The notes under the pieces: generated by a model
What the model was told of the DNA's origin: nothing
What the model saw: only the letters and a program-made list of their open reading frames with translations
Databases searched by the model: none
Program-made: the position numbers and the translations under genes
NCBI GenBank assembly: GCA_963749705.1
Contig: CAVVNQ010000004.1
Location: 250,204 to 314,203, forward strand
Length of the DNA stretch: 64,000 nucleotides
Reading direction: 5' to 3'
Origin: an uncultured Chloroflexia bacterium
GTDB lineage: Bacteria > Chloroflexota > Limnocylindria > Limnocylindrales > CSP1-4
In this document: piece by piece, positions 50,723 through 60,459 of the stretch
Position numbering within the stretch: position 1 is the stretch's first letter
How the letters are laid out: every line of letters begins with the position of its first letter

Positions 50723-52294
50723 TCAGTCGACGACGGTGTGGCTCTGCTCCCGCAGGAACTGCGCGACGTAGTACATCGACAGCCCGGACTTGCCGGTCGA
50801 GCCGGAGCCCTTCCAGCCGCCGAACGCCTGGACGCCCGGCCAGGCGCCGGTCGTGGCGCCAGCCCGCCGGTTGACGTACAGCACGCCCGCCTCGATCTCC
50901 TCGAGGAAGCGCTGGACCTCCGACGGCTCCTCCGAGTAGACGCCCGCGGTCAGCCCGTAGACGTTGTCGTTGGCGAGGGCCAGGGCCTCGTCCAGCGAGT
51001 CCACGGCGTGGACCGCGGTGAACGGCGCGAACAGCTCGTCCTTGAACAGCCGATGGGTCGCCGGCAGCTTGCCGACCACGGTCGGCTCGACATAGAAGCC
51101 GCGCCCGAGGGCGCCATCGGTGACGTGCTCGCCGCCGGTGAACACGGTGCCGTCGCGGCGTGCCTCGGCGACCGCCTGCTGGTGGCGATCGACCGCGCGC
51201 TGGTCGATGACCGGGCCCAGGAACGCCGTCCGGGGCAGCGGGTCGCCCAGGGCCAGCTTCTCCGTCTTCTCGACCAGGATCCGGACCAGCTCGTCATGCA
51301 CGGGCTTCTCGACGTAGACCCGGCTGTTCGCCGAGCACTTCTGCCCGCCGAAGCCGAACGCGGCGCGCATGATCCCTTCGGCCGCCTCTTCGAGGTCCGC
51401 GCTCTTGAGCACGATCGCCGGGTTCTTGCCGCCCATCTCCACGATGCACGGCCGCGGATACCGCGTGGAGAAGTTGCGGAACAGCTCGAAGCCGACCTCG
51501 TACGAGCCGGTGAACACGATCCCGTTGATCCCCTGGTTCTCCTGCAGCTCCTGTCCGACCGTGTCGCCGGGACCCATGACCAGGTTGAACACGCCGTCGG
51601 GGACGCCGGCGTCGCGATACGCCTCCTTGATCGCGACCGCGGTCATCGCGGACACGGTCGCCGGCTTGAACACCACGGCGTTGCCGGCCATCATCGCGGC
51701 CGCGCTGGGGCCGACCGCGAGCGCCATCGGGAAGTTGAACGGGCTGATCACCGCGAACACGCCGTGCGGGCGAAGCACCGATCGCGTGTGGACGGTCGCG
51801 TCGCCCAGGTTGTCCATCGGGTGGTCGTAGTAGCCGTTGTCCTCGGCCGTCCTGGCGTAGTAGCGGATCAGGTCGGCCGCCTCCTCGACCTCGCCCAGCG
51901 CCTCCAGCCGGGTCTTGCCGACCTCGATCGCCATCAGCCCGCCGTACTCCATCTGGCGCTCGGAGATCAGCTCCGCGGCAGCCTTCAGGATCTCGAGCCG
52001 CTTCTCCCAGCCCAGCCGGAACCAGGCCGGCTGCGCCCGATGGGCCGCCGCGATCGCATCCTGTACGTCCTTGCGCGTTCCGCGCGCGAACGTGCCCACC
52101 AGGATCTCGCTGTCGATCGGCGAGCGCACCTCGAACGTGCCATCGCCATCGCGCTCGACGCCGTCGATGAAGTTGCGGTGGTACGCGCCGAGCCGCTGCT
52201 TCGCCTTCTCGAGACCTGTCTCGTACAGGGCGTGCAGCTCCTCGTTGTCGGCGCGCAGGGTCGCGTAGGTGATCTTGATCCGCTGGGCGGTCAT
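50723..52294 (-). CDS. aldehyde dehydrogenase (1-pyrroline-5-carboxylate dehydrogenase-like)
   Basis: ISPFNFP, FTGS, EMGGKN, GQKCSA, ELFAP, YGLT, QAFGGWKGSG. Confidence 0.9.
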   Translation of the reverse strand: MTAQRIKITYATLRADNEELHALYETGLEKAKQRLGAYHRNFIDGVERDGDGTFEVRSPIDSEILVGTFARGTRKDVQDAIAAAHRAQPAWFRLGWEKRLEILKAAAELISERQMEYGGLMAIEVGKTRLEALGEVEEAADLIRYYARTAEDNGYYDHPMDNLGDATVHTRSVLRPHGVFAVISPFNFPMALAVGPSAAAMMAGNAVVFKPATVSAMTAVAIKEAYRDAGVPDGVFNLVMGPGDTVGQELQENQGINGIVFTGSYEVGFELFRNFSTRYPRPCIVEMGGKNPAIVLKSADLEEAAEGIMRAAFGFGGQKCSANSRVYVEKPVHDELVRILVEKTEKLALGDPLPRTAFLGPVIDQRAVDRHQQAVAEARRDGTVFTGGEHVTDGALGRGFYVEPTVVGKLPATHRLFKDELFAPFTAVHAVDSLDEALALANDNVYGLTAGVYSEEPSEVQRFLEEIEAGVLYVNRRAGATTGAWPGVQAFGGWKGSGSTGKSGLSMYYVAQFLREQSHTVVD

Positions 52295-52442
52295 CGCAGG
52301 CTCCCGTGGGGCACGACCCGCGTGATCGGCGGGCGCGCGGCTCGAATCGGTCGTTGACGCCAGTCTAGTCCCGGCAGACCGGGCCGCGGGAGTGCGACTC
52401 GGCACACGTCGCGCGGGCCGTTCCCTGGAGGTCCGATCGAGA

Positions 52443-52982
52443 TCAGCCGAGGTCGGCGCGCACCAGCGAGAACAGGTCGGCGTCGTGGTAGCGACCGTGG
52501 AGCAGCAGCCGATGGCGAAGCGTGCCCTCGTGCGTCGCACCGGCACGCTCGGCGACCCGGCGGCTGGGCCCGTTCTCGATCGACATGATGATCTCCACGC
52601 GCTCGAGACCCACCTGGGTGAGGCCGTGACGCGCCACCAGACGCGTCGCGCGCGTCGCCCAGCCGCGACCGGTCCGGTCGGATCGCAGCCAGTAGCCGAG
52701 GTTGGCGTAGTGGTTCACGTGGTTGAACATGTTGAGGCCGCAGCCACCGGCCACCTCGCCGTCATCACCCACGATCACGAACCGCAGCTCGTCCGGGTCA
52801 ATCTCCCCGCGGAGCCACGTCAGCGCCGCCTCCACGTCGTAGCCCGGCGTCGCCCACGGCATGAACCGCTCCAGCTCCGGGAGCGAGGAAGCCACGGCGG
52901 CCACGATGGCCGGGGCGTCGGCCTCGGTCGGCGGCCTGAGCGTGATCACGCCGTCGGTCAGGACGGGTCCAGCAGGCTCCAT
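52443..52982 (-). CDS. RimJ/RimL-type GNAT acetyltransferase
   Basis: NLGYWL, TGRGWAT, ENGPSRRVAERAG. Confidence 0.85.
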   Translation of the reverse strand: MEPAGPVLTDGVITLRPPTEADAPAIVAAVASSLPELERFMPWATPGYDVEAALTWLRGEIDPDELRFVIVGDDGEVAGGCGLNMFNHVNHYANLGYWLRSDRTGRGWATRATRLVARHGLTQVGLERVEIIMSIENGPSRRVAERAGATHEGTLRHRLLLHGRYHDADLFSLVRADLG

Positions 52983-53067
52983 GGCGCGAGTGTGCCACGA
53001 CACCCGAGGGGCGGCCCGACCGGCGGGCGATGCCTGGCTCCCTGCGGCCGGAACCCGACCGCCCGCC

Positions 53068-53949
53068 TCAGCCCAGCGCGGCCACGACCTCCGCGATCGA
53101 CGGCGCGACCGCGTCCGGGCGCACCGGCCGGCGTGCCGCCGCGGCCGCGTCCAGCTCCGCGTCGCCGTGCTTGCCGGTCCGGACGAACACGGTTCGCAGG
53201 CCGGCGCGTCGCCCGCCACCGATGTCCGAGCCCACATCGTCCCCGACCATCGCCAGGTCGGCTCGTCGCAGCCGCGGCTCACCGCGCGCCGCCGCCTCCG
53301 AGGCAAGCCGCTCGATCGCCACGCGGAAGAACGCCGGCGAGGGCTTGCCGACGATCCGGGCCTGTCGCTTGGTGGCCCATTCGAGCGCAACCAGGAACGC
53401 GCCGGCGTCGAGCGTCGGGCCCTCGGGGGTGATCCACCACGGGTTTCGGTGCATCCCGATCAGGGCCGCGCCGCCGCGGACCAGCCGGAACGCACGATCG
53501 AGGTTGGCCTTCGTCAGCTGGTCGGGCGAGTCGCCCAGGATCACGGCGGCGACCTCGTCCGGTGCGGCATCGGCGCCCGGGCCGTCGACGACGGTGAGCC
53601 CGGCGAACTCGGCGCGCGCGTCGTCCGAGCAGATCACGTAGACCGGCCGGTCGCCATACTCGCGTCGCACCAGCCCCGCCGACGCCGAGAGCGCCGACTG
53701 GAAGCGATCGGGCGGCGTCGTGAACCCGATGCGGCTCCCCCACCCGGCAAGCGATGCCCGCGACACGAGCGACGTGTTGGTCACGACCAGGTACGGGAAC
53801 CCCCGCCGGTCGAGCTCGGCCAGCGCCTCCGGCGCGCCGGGCACGGCCTTCCCGGCCAGGACCAGCACGCCGTCGAGATCGAGCAGCAGCCCGCGCACCC
53901 CGTGCAGCGCTGCACGCAGGACGTCGTCGGCACCGGGCGAGTCGGGCAT
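53068..53949 (-). CDS. HAD-IIA hydrolase (NagD/LHPP-like)
   Basis: DLDGVL, VTN, GKPS, MVGDD..SDI, VRTGK. Confidence 0.88.
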   Translation of the reverse strand: MPDSPGADDVLRAALHGVRGLLLDLDGVLVLAGKAVPGAPEALAELDRRGFPYLVVTNTSLVSRASLAGWGSRIGFTTPPDRFQSALSASAGLVRREYGDRPVYVICSDDARAEFAGLTVVDGPGADAAPDEVAAVILGDSPDQLTKANLDRAFRLVRGGAALIGMHRNPWWITPEGPTLDAGAFLVALEWATKRQARIVGKPSPAFFRVAIERLASEAAARGEPRLRRADLAMVGDDVGSDIGGGRRAGLRTVFVRTGKHGDAELDAAAAARRPVRPDAVAPSIAEVVAALG

Positions 53950-53981
53950 GATGCGCGCAGGGTAACGGAGAGGAGCTACGC

Positions 53982-54761
53982 ATGGGTCTGCTCGACGGGC
54001 GGAACGCGCTCGTGTTCGGGGTCGCGAACGACCATTCGATCGCCTGGGGCATCGCCAGGGCGTTCCACGACCAGGGGGCGAGCCTCGGGTTCTCGTCGGT
54101 CGAGAGCCTCATCGAGCGCCGGGTGCGCCCGCTGGCGGCGTCGATCGGCAGCACGTTCGTCGAGCCGTGCGACGTGGGATCCGACGAGCAGATCCGGGCG
54201 GTGCTGGACAAGTGGGCCGCTGCCCATGGGACCGTCGACATCCTGGTCCACGCGATCGCGTACGCCAAGCGCGAGGACCTCGACGGATCGTTCGTGGACA
54301 CGTCACGCGACGGGTTCGCGCTGGCGATGGACGTGTCCGCCTACTCGCTCGTCGCGCTCGCGCGCGAGGCCCGGCCGTACCTCCGCCCCGGCAGCTCGAT
54401 CCTGACCCTGTCCTACTACGGCGCCGAGAAGGTCGTCACCCACTACAACGTGATGGGGGTGGCCAAGGCGGCATTGGAGGCCTCCGTCCGATACCTCGCC
54501 GCCGATCTCGGGCCCGAGGGCGTCCGCGTCAACGCCATCTCGGCAGGCCCCATCCGAACCCTGTCCGCGGGCGGGATCGCCGGCTTCCGCAAGCTGTACG
54601 GCCCGTTCGACGAGATCGCGCCGCTGCGCTCCCACATCACGATCGAGGACGTGGGCAAGACGGCCGTCTACCTCGCCTCTGACCTGTCCTCCGCCGTGAC
54701 CGGTGAGATCGTGTACGTCGACGGCGGCTTCAACATCCTGGGCGTGCCCTCGATCGACTGA
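53982..54761 (+). CDS. fabI: enoyl-ACP reductase
   Basis: GVANDHSIAWGIA, YNVMGVAKAALE, NAISAGPIRT, VDGG. Confidence 0.93.
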   Translation: MGLLDGRNALVFGVANDHSIAWGIARAFHDQGASLGFSSVESLIERRVRPLAASIGSTFVEPCDVGSDEQIRAVLDKWAAAHGTVDILVHAIAYAKREDLDGSFVDTSRDGFALAMDVSAYSLVALAREARPYLRPGSSILTLSYYGAEKVVTHYNVMGVAKAALEASVRYLAADLGPEGVRVNAISAGPIRTLSAGGIAGFRKLYGPFDEIAPLRSHITIEDVGKTAVYLASDLSSAVTGEIVYVDGGFNILGVPSID

Positions 54762-54812
54762 CGGCACCCGGGAACGTCCCGCCCTCGTGCTGAACCAGGA
54801 GATCCGGCGACC

Positions 54813-55652
54813 ATGATCCCCACCTCCGGGCGGCCGTTCGATGTCGGCGTGCTCAATGCCGTGGAGGACTGGGGTGCCTCGACGGCCGCGATCGCCGTGG
54901 TCGACGGCCGGGGGCTCGTTGCACGCCACGGTCCGCCCGACCGGTCGATGCGCTGGGCGTCGATCACCAAGATGCTGACTGCCTACGTCGTGCTGATCGC
55001 CGAACGCCGGGGCCTGGTCGGCCTCGACGATCCGGCCGGGCCGCCCGGCGCCACCGTCCGGCACCTGCTCGCGCATGCGTCGGGCCTCCCGTTCGACGAT
55101 CCGGTCCCGGTCTCCCCGCCGGAACGGACGCGGATCTACTCCAACACGGGGTTCGACACCCTGGCGAGCGTGGTGTCCGCGGCCGCCGGGCGCCCGTTCG
55201 ACGCCGTGCTCCGCGAATGGGTCCTCGACCCGCTGGGGATGGACGGCGCGCGGCTGCTGGAGCGGCCATCCCAGGGCATCCACGGGACGCTCGACGATCT
55301 CGTGTCGTTCGCGGCCGAGCTGCTCCGCCCGCGGCTGCTCCCGCGCGAGACCCTCCGGCTGGCAACGTCGGTCGCGTTCCCGGGACTTCGCGGCGTGCTG
55401 CCCGGCGTGGGCCGGTTCGATCCGCTGGACTGGGGACTGGGCTTCGAGCTTCGAGACGGCAAGACGCCGCACTGGACCGGATCCCGGAACTCGGCCGCCA
55501 CGTTCGGGCACTTCGGCGGCAGCGGCACGTTCCTGTGGGTCGATCCGGAGGCGGATCTCGCGCTCGCATGCCTGACCGACCGGGAGTACGGGCCGTGGGC
55601 GCTCGAGGCGTGGCCCGCGATCTCGGACGCCGTGCTCGCCGCTGCCGGCTGA
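54813..55652 (+). CDS. serine hydrolase, beta-lactamase-like
   Basis: SITK (SxxK), LLAHASG, YSN, FGHFG. Confidence 0.85.
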   Translation: MIPTSGRPFDVGVLNAVEDWGASTAAIAVVDGRGLVARHGPPDRSMRWASITKMLTAYVVLIAERRGLVGLDDPAGPPGATVRHLLAHASGLPFDDPVPVSPPERTRIYSNTGFDTLASVVSAAAGRPFDAVLREWVLDPLGMDGARLLERPSQGIHGTLDDLVSFAAELLRPRLLPRETLRLATSVAFPGLRGVLPGVGRFDPLDWGLGFELRDGKTPHWTGSRNSAATFGHFGGSGTFLWVDPEADLALACLTDREYGPWALEAWPAISDAVLAAAG

Positions 55653-55713
55653 CGCCACGCGTCGCCAGCCGCCTGTCCGCGGTCACGATCCGCAGCCGGC
55701 GTCGGCGCAGTCG

Positions 55714-56247
55714 CTACCAGCCCCGGCTGCCGGGCTCGCCCTTGACCGGTCCCACGATTCGCGAGGTCATCCAGCCGCCGTAGAAGCCGCCGGGCTGCGG
55801 CGTCGCCCGCTCGTCCCCGACCCACGCCTCGTCGACCCTGGCCGCGTAGAACCCGAGATGGCCACGGATGGCCGTGAACTCCTGGCTCGGCTGCTCGTAG
55901 GACCATGCGATATCGGGAATTCGCCGGCCGTCAGCTTCGAGCGACCAGTAGCCGGCCGTGCCCTTCCACTCGCACACGCTCGTGCTCCGTGAAGGGCGCA
56001 GCAGGTCCATCCGAACGTCATCGGGCGGCACGTAGTACACCGGGGCACCCGCGGTCTCGAGCACCCGCATCGCGCGCGTCGAGTCCGCCAGGACCGTGTC
56101 CCCGACGACCACCCGGATCCGCTCCCCGACGACCTCGACCCGCGGCGGTCGCGGGTAGTCCCAGACCGACTCCTGGCCGAGACCGGGGATCACGGGCACG
56201 ACGCCGGCCGGGATGCGGCCGGCGAACCGGTATCCGGACGCTGCCAT
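55714..56247 (-). CDS. DUF427 family protein
   Basis: ESVWDYPRPP, VLET, CEWKG, AWSY, FYGGW. Confidence 0.85.
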   Translation of the reverse strand: MAASGYRFAGRIPAGVVPVIPGLGQESVWDYPRPPRVEVVGERIRVVVGDTVLADSTRAMRVLETAGAPVYYVPPDDVRMDLLRPSRSTSVCEWKGTAGYWSLEADGRRIPDIAWSYEQPSQEFTAIRGHLGFYAARVDEAWVGDERATPQPGGFYGGWMTSRIVGPVKGEPGSRGW

Positions 56248-56254
56248 CGTCGCC

Positions 56255-56725
56255 TCAGCCCTCCGACCGCGTCGCAACGCGGCATGTCGCGCACACCCCG
56301 GCCACCGACAGGTGCGACAGATCGACCGTGAACCCGCGCGCGCGAGCCAGCTCGGCAACCAGCGTCGCCGCCTCGGCCGGTCCGATCTCCCATGCGCCAT
56401 GGCACGCGGTGCAGTGGAGGTGGCCGTGCTCGACGGCCGGGCGCACGTGGAACTCCTCGCGCCCGTCGACGCCATGTGCATGGCGGATCACGCCGAGGTC
56501 CTCGAGCACGTCGAGCGTCCTGTAGACGGTCGACGGGATAGTGGTCGGATCGAGCTCGCGGCATCGTTCGACCAGCTCGCTGCCGGTGACGTGCCCGCTC
56601 GTCGTCGCCAGCACCTGGATCAGCGTCCGGCGTTGCGGGGTCCAGCGCAGCCCGCGCGCGCGGAGGCGGCTGGGCACGTCATCCCAGCCGGTCCCGGTCG
56701 CGGCGGCGCGCCCCGTGCCCGTCAT
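56255..56725 (-). CDS. Fur-family metalloregulator (Nur-like)
   Basis: RWTPQR, STVYRTLDVLE, HAH, HGHLHCTAC, CATC; translationally coupled to the Ni permease. Confidence 0.85.
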   Translation of the reverse strand: MTGTGRAAATGTGWDDVPSRLRARGLRWTPQRRTLIQVLATTSGHVTGSELVERCRELDPTTIPSTVYRTLDVLEDLGVIRHAHGVDGREEFHVRPAVEHGHLHCTACHGAWEIGPAEAATLVAELARARGFTVDLSHLSVAGVCATCRVATRSEG

Positions 56726-57729
56726 GCGGGCGCCGCCCCGAGAAGCTGCTGGAGGTCGGGCAGCAGGTTGCTTCCGCCCAGCAGGAACGTCAGGCCGATC
56801 GCGATGCTGAACGTCCCGGCGAGCACGCCGATGGAGATGTACAGGGGCCTGCGGACCTGCCCGGCCACGAACCCGGTCGCCGACACGATGACGATCGCCG
56901 TGTTGGAGGCGACGAGCCCGACGACGAAGGCCAGCAGCATCGGGATGCCCAGTCCGGCGCCGGACGCTCCGCCCACCGCCGCGATCAGCAGGGCCTGCGA
57001 TCCGGTCTCCGCCCCGATGCCGTGGATCATGCCGACGCCGAACGCGGTCCGTGGCCCGTAGGAGCTCATCTCGAGCGGGGCGACGTGCTCGTGCCCGTGG
57101 AGCCGCGCCTGGAACCGGCGCCAGCCAAAGCGGGCGCCGTCGAACACCAGCATCCAGCGGCTCCGAAGACGGAACTCCGTCCCGTTTCGGAGGTACTGGT
57201 AGAGCGAGACGAACACCCAGATGCCGAGCACGAGCAGGGTGATCCCGACCACGCGACCCATGATCGGGTCCACCCAGTCAGGGAGGATCGCGCCGAACGC
57301 CAGCGCCAGCATGCCGAGCGCGAACACGACCAGCGCGTGGCCGAGCGCGTACAGGGTGCCCAGCGCGATGGCGTGGCGCTGCTCGGTGATGAACCGGGGG
57401 CGATCCACCGGCATGCTCGCGAGGCCGGGCAGGACTGCGGCACCGGTTCCGCCGGCACCGTCATGGACGGAGATCTCGGCCGCTCCCCCATGGCCGTGCG
57501 CGTGGTCGTGGGGATGGACGCGATGCTCCGCCTCGTGGAGCTCGGCCCCCACGTCGGCGGCCGCGGACGTCGAGGTGATGTCGGTGATCGCCGCGATGTG
57601 ATCCCAGTCGAAGCCGTGTCGAACGCCGAGCAGGAGCCCGGTGACCAGCACGCCGACGCCACCGGCGGTGACGGCGGCCACCGGAACATGGATGAGCGAG
57701 AGGTCGAACGCGGGCAAGCGGGTCTCCAA
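56722..57729 (-). CDS. NiCoT/HoxN-like nickel/cobalt permease
   Basis: GVRHGFDWDHIAAI signature, His-rich loop, GH in TM, HGIGAE. Confidence 0.82.
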   Translation of the reverse strand: METRLPAFDLSLIHVPVAAVTAGGVGVLVTGLLLGVRHGFDWDHIAAITDITSTSAAADVGAELHEAEHRVHPHDHAHGHGGAAEISVHDGAGGTGAAVLPGLASMPVDRPRFITEQRHAIALGTLYALGHALVVFALGMLALAFGAILPDWVDPIMGRVVGITLLVLGIWVFVSLYQYLRNGTEFRLRSRWMLVFDGARFGWRRFQARLHGHEHVAPLEMSSYGPRTAFGVGMIHGIGAETGSQALLIAAVGGASGAGLGIPMLLAFVVGLVASNTAIVIVSATGFVAGQVRRPLYISIGVLAGTFSIAIGLTFLLGGSNLLPDLQQLLGAAPA

Positions 57730-57762
57730 TCCCGGTCGGCGCGAACGTCCGACGGGGCTTCA

Positions 57763-57782
57763 TATTGCGACGAGTTGCAATA
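57763..57782. promoter_or_regulatory. Fur/Nur-type operator candidate
   Basis: TATTGCGA-CGAG-TTGCAATA inverted repeat (7/8 match) 34 bp upstream of the permease start. Confidence 0.55.
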
Positions 57783-57856
57783 GCATCGGCTAGCATCTCG
57801 ACGCCGTCAACTGGCCGCCTGCCGCTCGTATGCGAGGGTGCGAAACCCGTGCGGGA

Positions 57857-58360
57857 TCAGCCGATCCGGTTGAGCGCCGGAACCTCGAGCGGGACGAGCC
57901 GGTCCGCGCGGCGAAACAGCCGGGCGAAGGCCGTCGGGACCCACCAGCGCAGGAAGTACAGCCGGCATCCGACGCAGATTCCCGTTGTCGCGAGCAGCGT
58001 CTGAAGGCCCGCCACCGCGCCCGCCAGCAGCCAGCCGACGGCCGTCAGATCGCCCAGGAAGGCGAGCGCCGCCAGCCCGATGAACACGGCACCCAGCGCC
58101 TGTGCGAAGCGCGGCGGGTACTCGTGCTCGGGCTCAGCGGGTCCGAGGCGCAGCGTTCGGCGGATCAGCGGCCACGCCCGCCCCGGCAGGAACAGCCGGG
58201 TGCCGAGCGCGGACGACAGGGCGAGGTTGAGGCCGACCAGCACGGCCAGCCAGGGTGAGCCGGCAAGGAACGCAACGCCGAGCACGATCGCCGACACGCC
58301 GGCGCCGAAGCGCTGGCCGCGCGGATCGATCTGGCGGGCGCGGGGGGTGAGGATGGACAC
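57857..58360 (-). CDS. DUF4395 family membrane protein
   Basis: IDPRGQRF, PPRFAQALG, GICVGC; AGGAG RBS before GTG. Confidence 0.85.
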   Translation of the reverse strand: MSILTPRARQIDPRGQRFGAGVSAIVLGVAFLAGSPWLAVLVGLNLALSSALGTRLFLPGRAWPLIRRTLRLGPAEPEHEYPPRFAQALGAVFIGLAALAFLGDLTAVGWLLAGAVAGLQTLLATTGICVGCRLYFLRWWVPTAFARLFRRADRLVPLEVPALNRIG

Positions 58361-58455
58361 GGGTTCTCCTGGGTCAAACAGGGGCGCGGCGCGCACGAAC
58401 ACGCACCGATCGACGAGGATCGCGAGGCCCGGGAGAGGAGAAGGAGGGCGGTCGC

Positions 58456-58548
58456 TCAGGCGTGGACCGCGCGCTCGACTCCCACCGGCTCTCGCCGGCG
58501 ACAGGAGCAATGCTGGTCCATACAGCCCGTGAGGGCGAACGTCATCAC
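58456..58548 (-). CDS. putative leaderless Cys-containing leader peptide (30 aa)
   Basis: MMTFALTGCMDQHCSCRRREPVGVERAVHA; GTG start lies 7 nt after a -10 box; upstream of DUF4395. Confidence 0.6.
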   Translation of the reverse strand: MMTFALTGCMDQHCSCRRREPVGVERAVHA

Positions 58549-58555
58549 GTCGCGA

Positions 58556-58583
58556 AGGGTAGCAGCCCTGCTTGCATCGTCAA
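58556..58583 (-). promoter_or_regulatory. sigma70-type promoter for the leaderless short ORF
   Basis: TTGACG-N16-TACCCT with an extended TG (TGCTACCCT). Confidence 0.6.
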
Positions 58584-59842
58584 CCATCTGCCGGCGTCGC
58601 GGGGGTGCTTCCGGGCCCGGCCGGCGGATCGCCGAGCAGTGACCCGTACAGCTCGAGCGTCCGGCGCGCGATCGAGGCCCAGCTGAAGTCCTCCTCGGCC
58701 CGCCTGCGGCCGGCGCGGCCCATCGCGGTCCGAAGCCCCTCGTCGAGCCCGACCTCGTTGATCGCCGCCGCGAGCTCCCGTGAGAACTGCGCCGCGTCCG
58801 ACGGGTCGAACGTGCCCTCGCGGATCCGCGGATCGACGAGCAGCCCGGTCTCGCCGGGCACGACGACCTCCGGGATCCCGCCGACCGCGGATGCGACGAC
58901 GGCCGTCTCGCACGCCATCGCCTCGAGGTTGATGATCCCGAACGGCTCGTAGACCGACGGGCAGCAGAACACCGCGGCGTGCGAGTACAGCTGGATGGCG
59001 GCCTCGCGCGGCACCATCTCGCGGATCCAGGTCACGTCCGGTCGGGCGGCGCTGACCTCGGCGACCCGCTGCTCCATCTCGGCACCGATCTCGGGGGTGT
59101 CGGGGGCGCCCGCGCACAGGACGACCTGGAGGCCCCGATCGATGTCGGGGATCGCGTTGACCAGGTGGATGATCCCCTTCTGGCGAGTGATCCGGCCCAC
59201 GAACAGCACGTACGGCCGATCGGGATCCACGCCGTACCGCTCGAGCACGTCGGTTGCGGGATCGGGCGCGTATTGCGCGAGATCGATGCCGTTGTGGATC
59301 ACGTGGATCCGCGCGGGATCGACCGGGAAGAAGCGCAGGACGTCGGCCCGCGTCTCCTGCGACACGGCGATGATCGCGTCCGCATCGAGCATCGCGGTGC
59401 GCTCCATCCAGCTCGACAGGTGGTACGCGTTGCCCAGCTGCTCGACCTTCCACGGCCGGAGCGGCTCCAGCGAGTGCGTGGTCAGGACGAGCGGCACACC
59501 CCACAGCTTCTTGGCGATGAACCCGGCCATGTCCGCGTACCACGTGTGGCAGTGGACAACGTCGGCGTCGAGGGTGTCCTTGGCCATCGACAGGTCGCGC
59601 TGGAAGGCGTCGAGCGCACCCCTGAACCGGGCGTCGGTCTCGTGCGTCGCCGCGGCCCACGGGCCGTAGCCACGGACCCGCAGGTTGGGCTCGTCGATGT
59701 CCTGGTCGCCGAAGCAGCGGATCTCGACCGGGACCAGCTTCGCGAGCTCCCGGCTCAGGTACTCGACGTGGACGCCCGCGCCGCCATAGACGTGCGGCGG
59801 GTACTCGTTCGTGAACAGCGCGACCTTGCCGGGCGTCGACAC
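58580..59842 (-). CDS. glgA: glycogen synthase/maltose-1-phosphate synthase (actinobacterial GlgA/GlgM type, GT4)
   Basis: EYPPHVYGGAGVHV, HTWYA, HSLEPLRPWK.EQLG, GRITRQKG, YEPFGIINLEAMAC. Confidence 0.9.
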   Translation of the reverse strand: MSTPGKVALFTNEYPPHVYGGAGVHVEYLSRELAKLVPVEIRCFGDQDIDEPNLRVRGYGPWAAATHETDARFRGALDAFQRDLSMAKDTLDADVVHCHTWYADMAGFIAKKLWGVPLVLTTHSLEPLRPWKVEQLGNAYHLSSWMERTAMLDADAIIAVSQETRADVLRFFPVDPARIHVIHNGIDLAQYAPDPATDVLERYGVDPDRPYVLFVGRITRQKGIIHLVNAIPDIDRGLQVVLCAGAPDTPEIGAEMEQRVAEVSAARPDVTWIREMVPREAAIQLYSHAAVFCCPSVYEPFGIINLEAMACETAVVASAVGGIPEVVVPGETGLLVDPRIREGTFDPSDAAQFSRELAAAINEVGLDEGLRTAMGRAGRRRAEEDFSWASIARRTLELYGSLLGDPPAGPGSTPATPADG

Positions 59843-59907
59843 GGGATCCGTTGCCCTCCGCTGGCGGTTGTTCGCGGCGTCCGTCCGGTGCCGCGCGTGC
59901 GCCAAGG

Positions 59908-60438
59908 CTAGTTGGTCCGCCGGGTCCCCGCGCCGTCGCTCCCCGCGCCGTCGCCGGCGGCCGGTGCATCCCCCACCCCGGCGAGTGACTTCAGGCGGCT
60001 GCCAAACGGCTCCGGGAGCGAGGCCCAGCCCCACATCCCGGTCAGCGCCTGGCGGAACGCCGGGCTGCGACGGGCCGCGTCCAGGATCCGGTCACCGAGC
60101 GCGTCGTTGTGCGCGCGGACGATGTCCTCGAGCGGGCCGGCGGCGACGAACCCCATCGCACCGGCATCGGGGGCCCGGACGATGAGGACGAGCAGGATCG
60201 CCCACGCGGCCTCGAGCTCCGCGCCACGGCCCGACTGGATCATCTCGTGGAGGCGCCATACCGGGCGCTCGGTGCCGGCGGCCGGCGGCGGGATCGTTGC
60301 TCCGCGCGACCGGGCGAGCGCTTCCTGGTACTCGGCGAAGTAGCCGGTCACGAACGCATCGAGGGCGGCGGGGGCCATGCCCGTCGCTGCGGCGCTCGGC
60401 GGGGTCGTCGCTGGCTCGCGTCGTCGTCGGTCAGGCAT
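59908..60438 (-). CDS. hypothetical protein (DUF6869-like)
   Basis: GFVAAGPLEDIVRAH...FRQAL..MW motif; start uncertain. Confidence 0.55.
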   Translation of the reverse strand: MPDRRRREPATTPPSAAATGMAPAALDAFVTGYFAEYQEALARSRGATIPPPAAGTERPVWRLHEMIQSGRGAELEAAWAILLVLIVRAPDAGAMGFVAAGPLEDIVRAHNDALGDRILDAARRSPAFRQALTGMWGWASLPEPFGSRLKSLAGVGDAPAAGDGAGSDGAGTRRTN

Positions 60439-60459
60439 GTCAGGACCGTGCGAAGGAAT

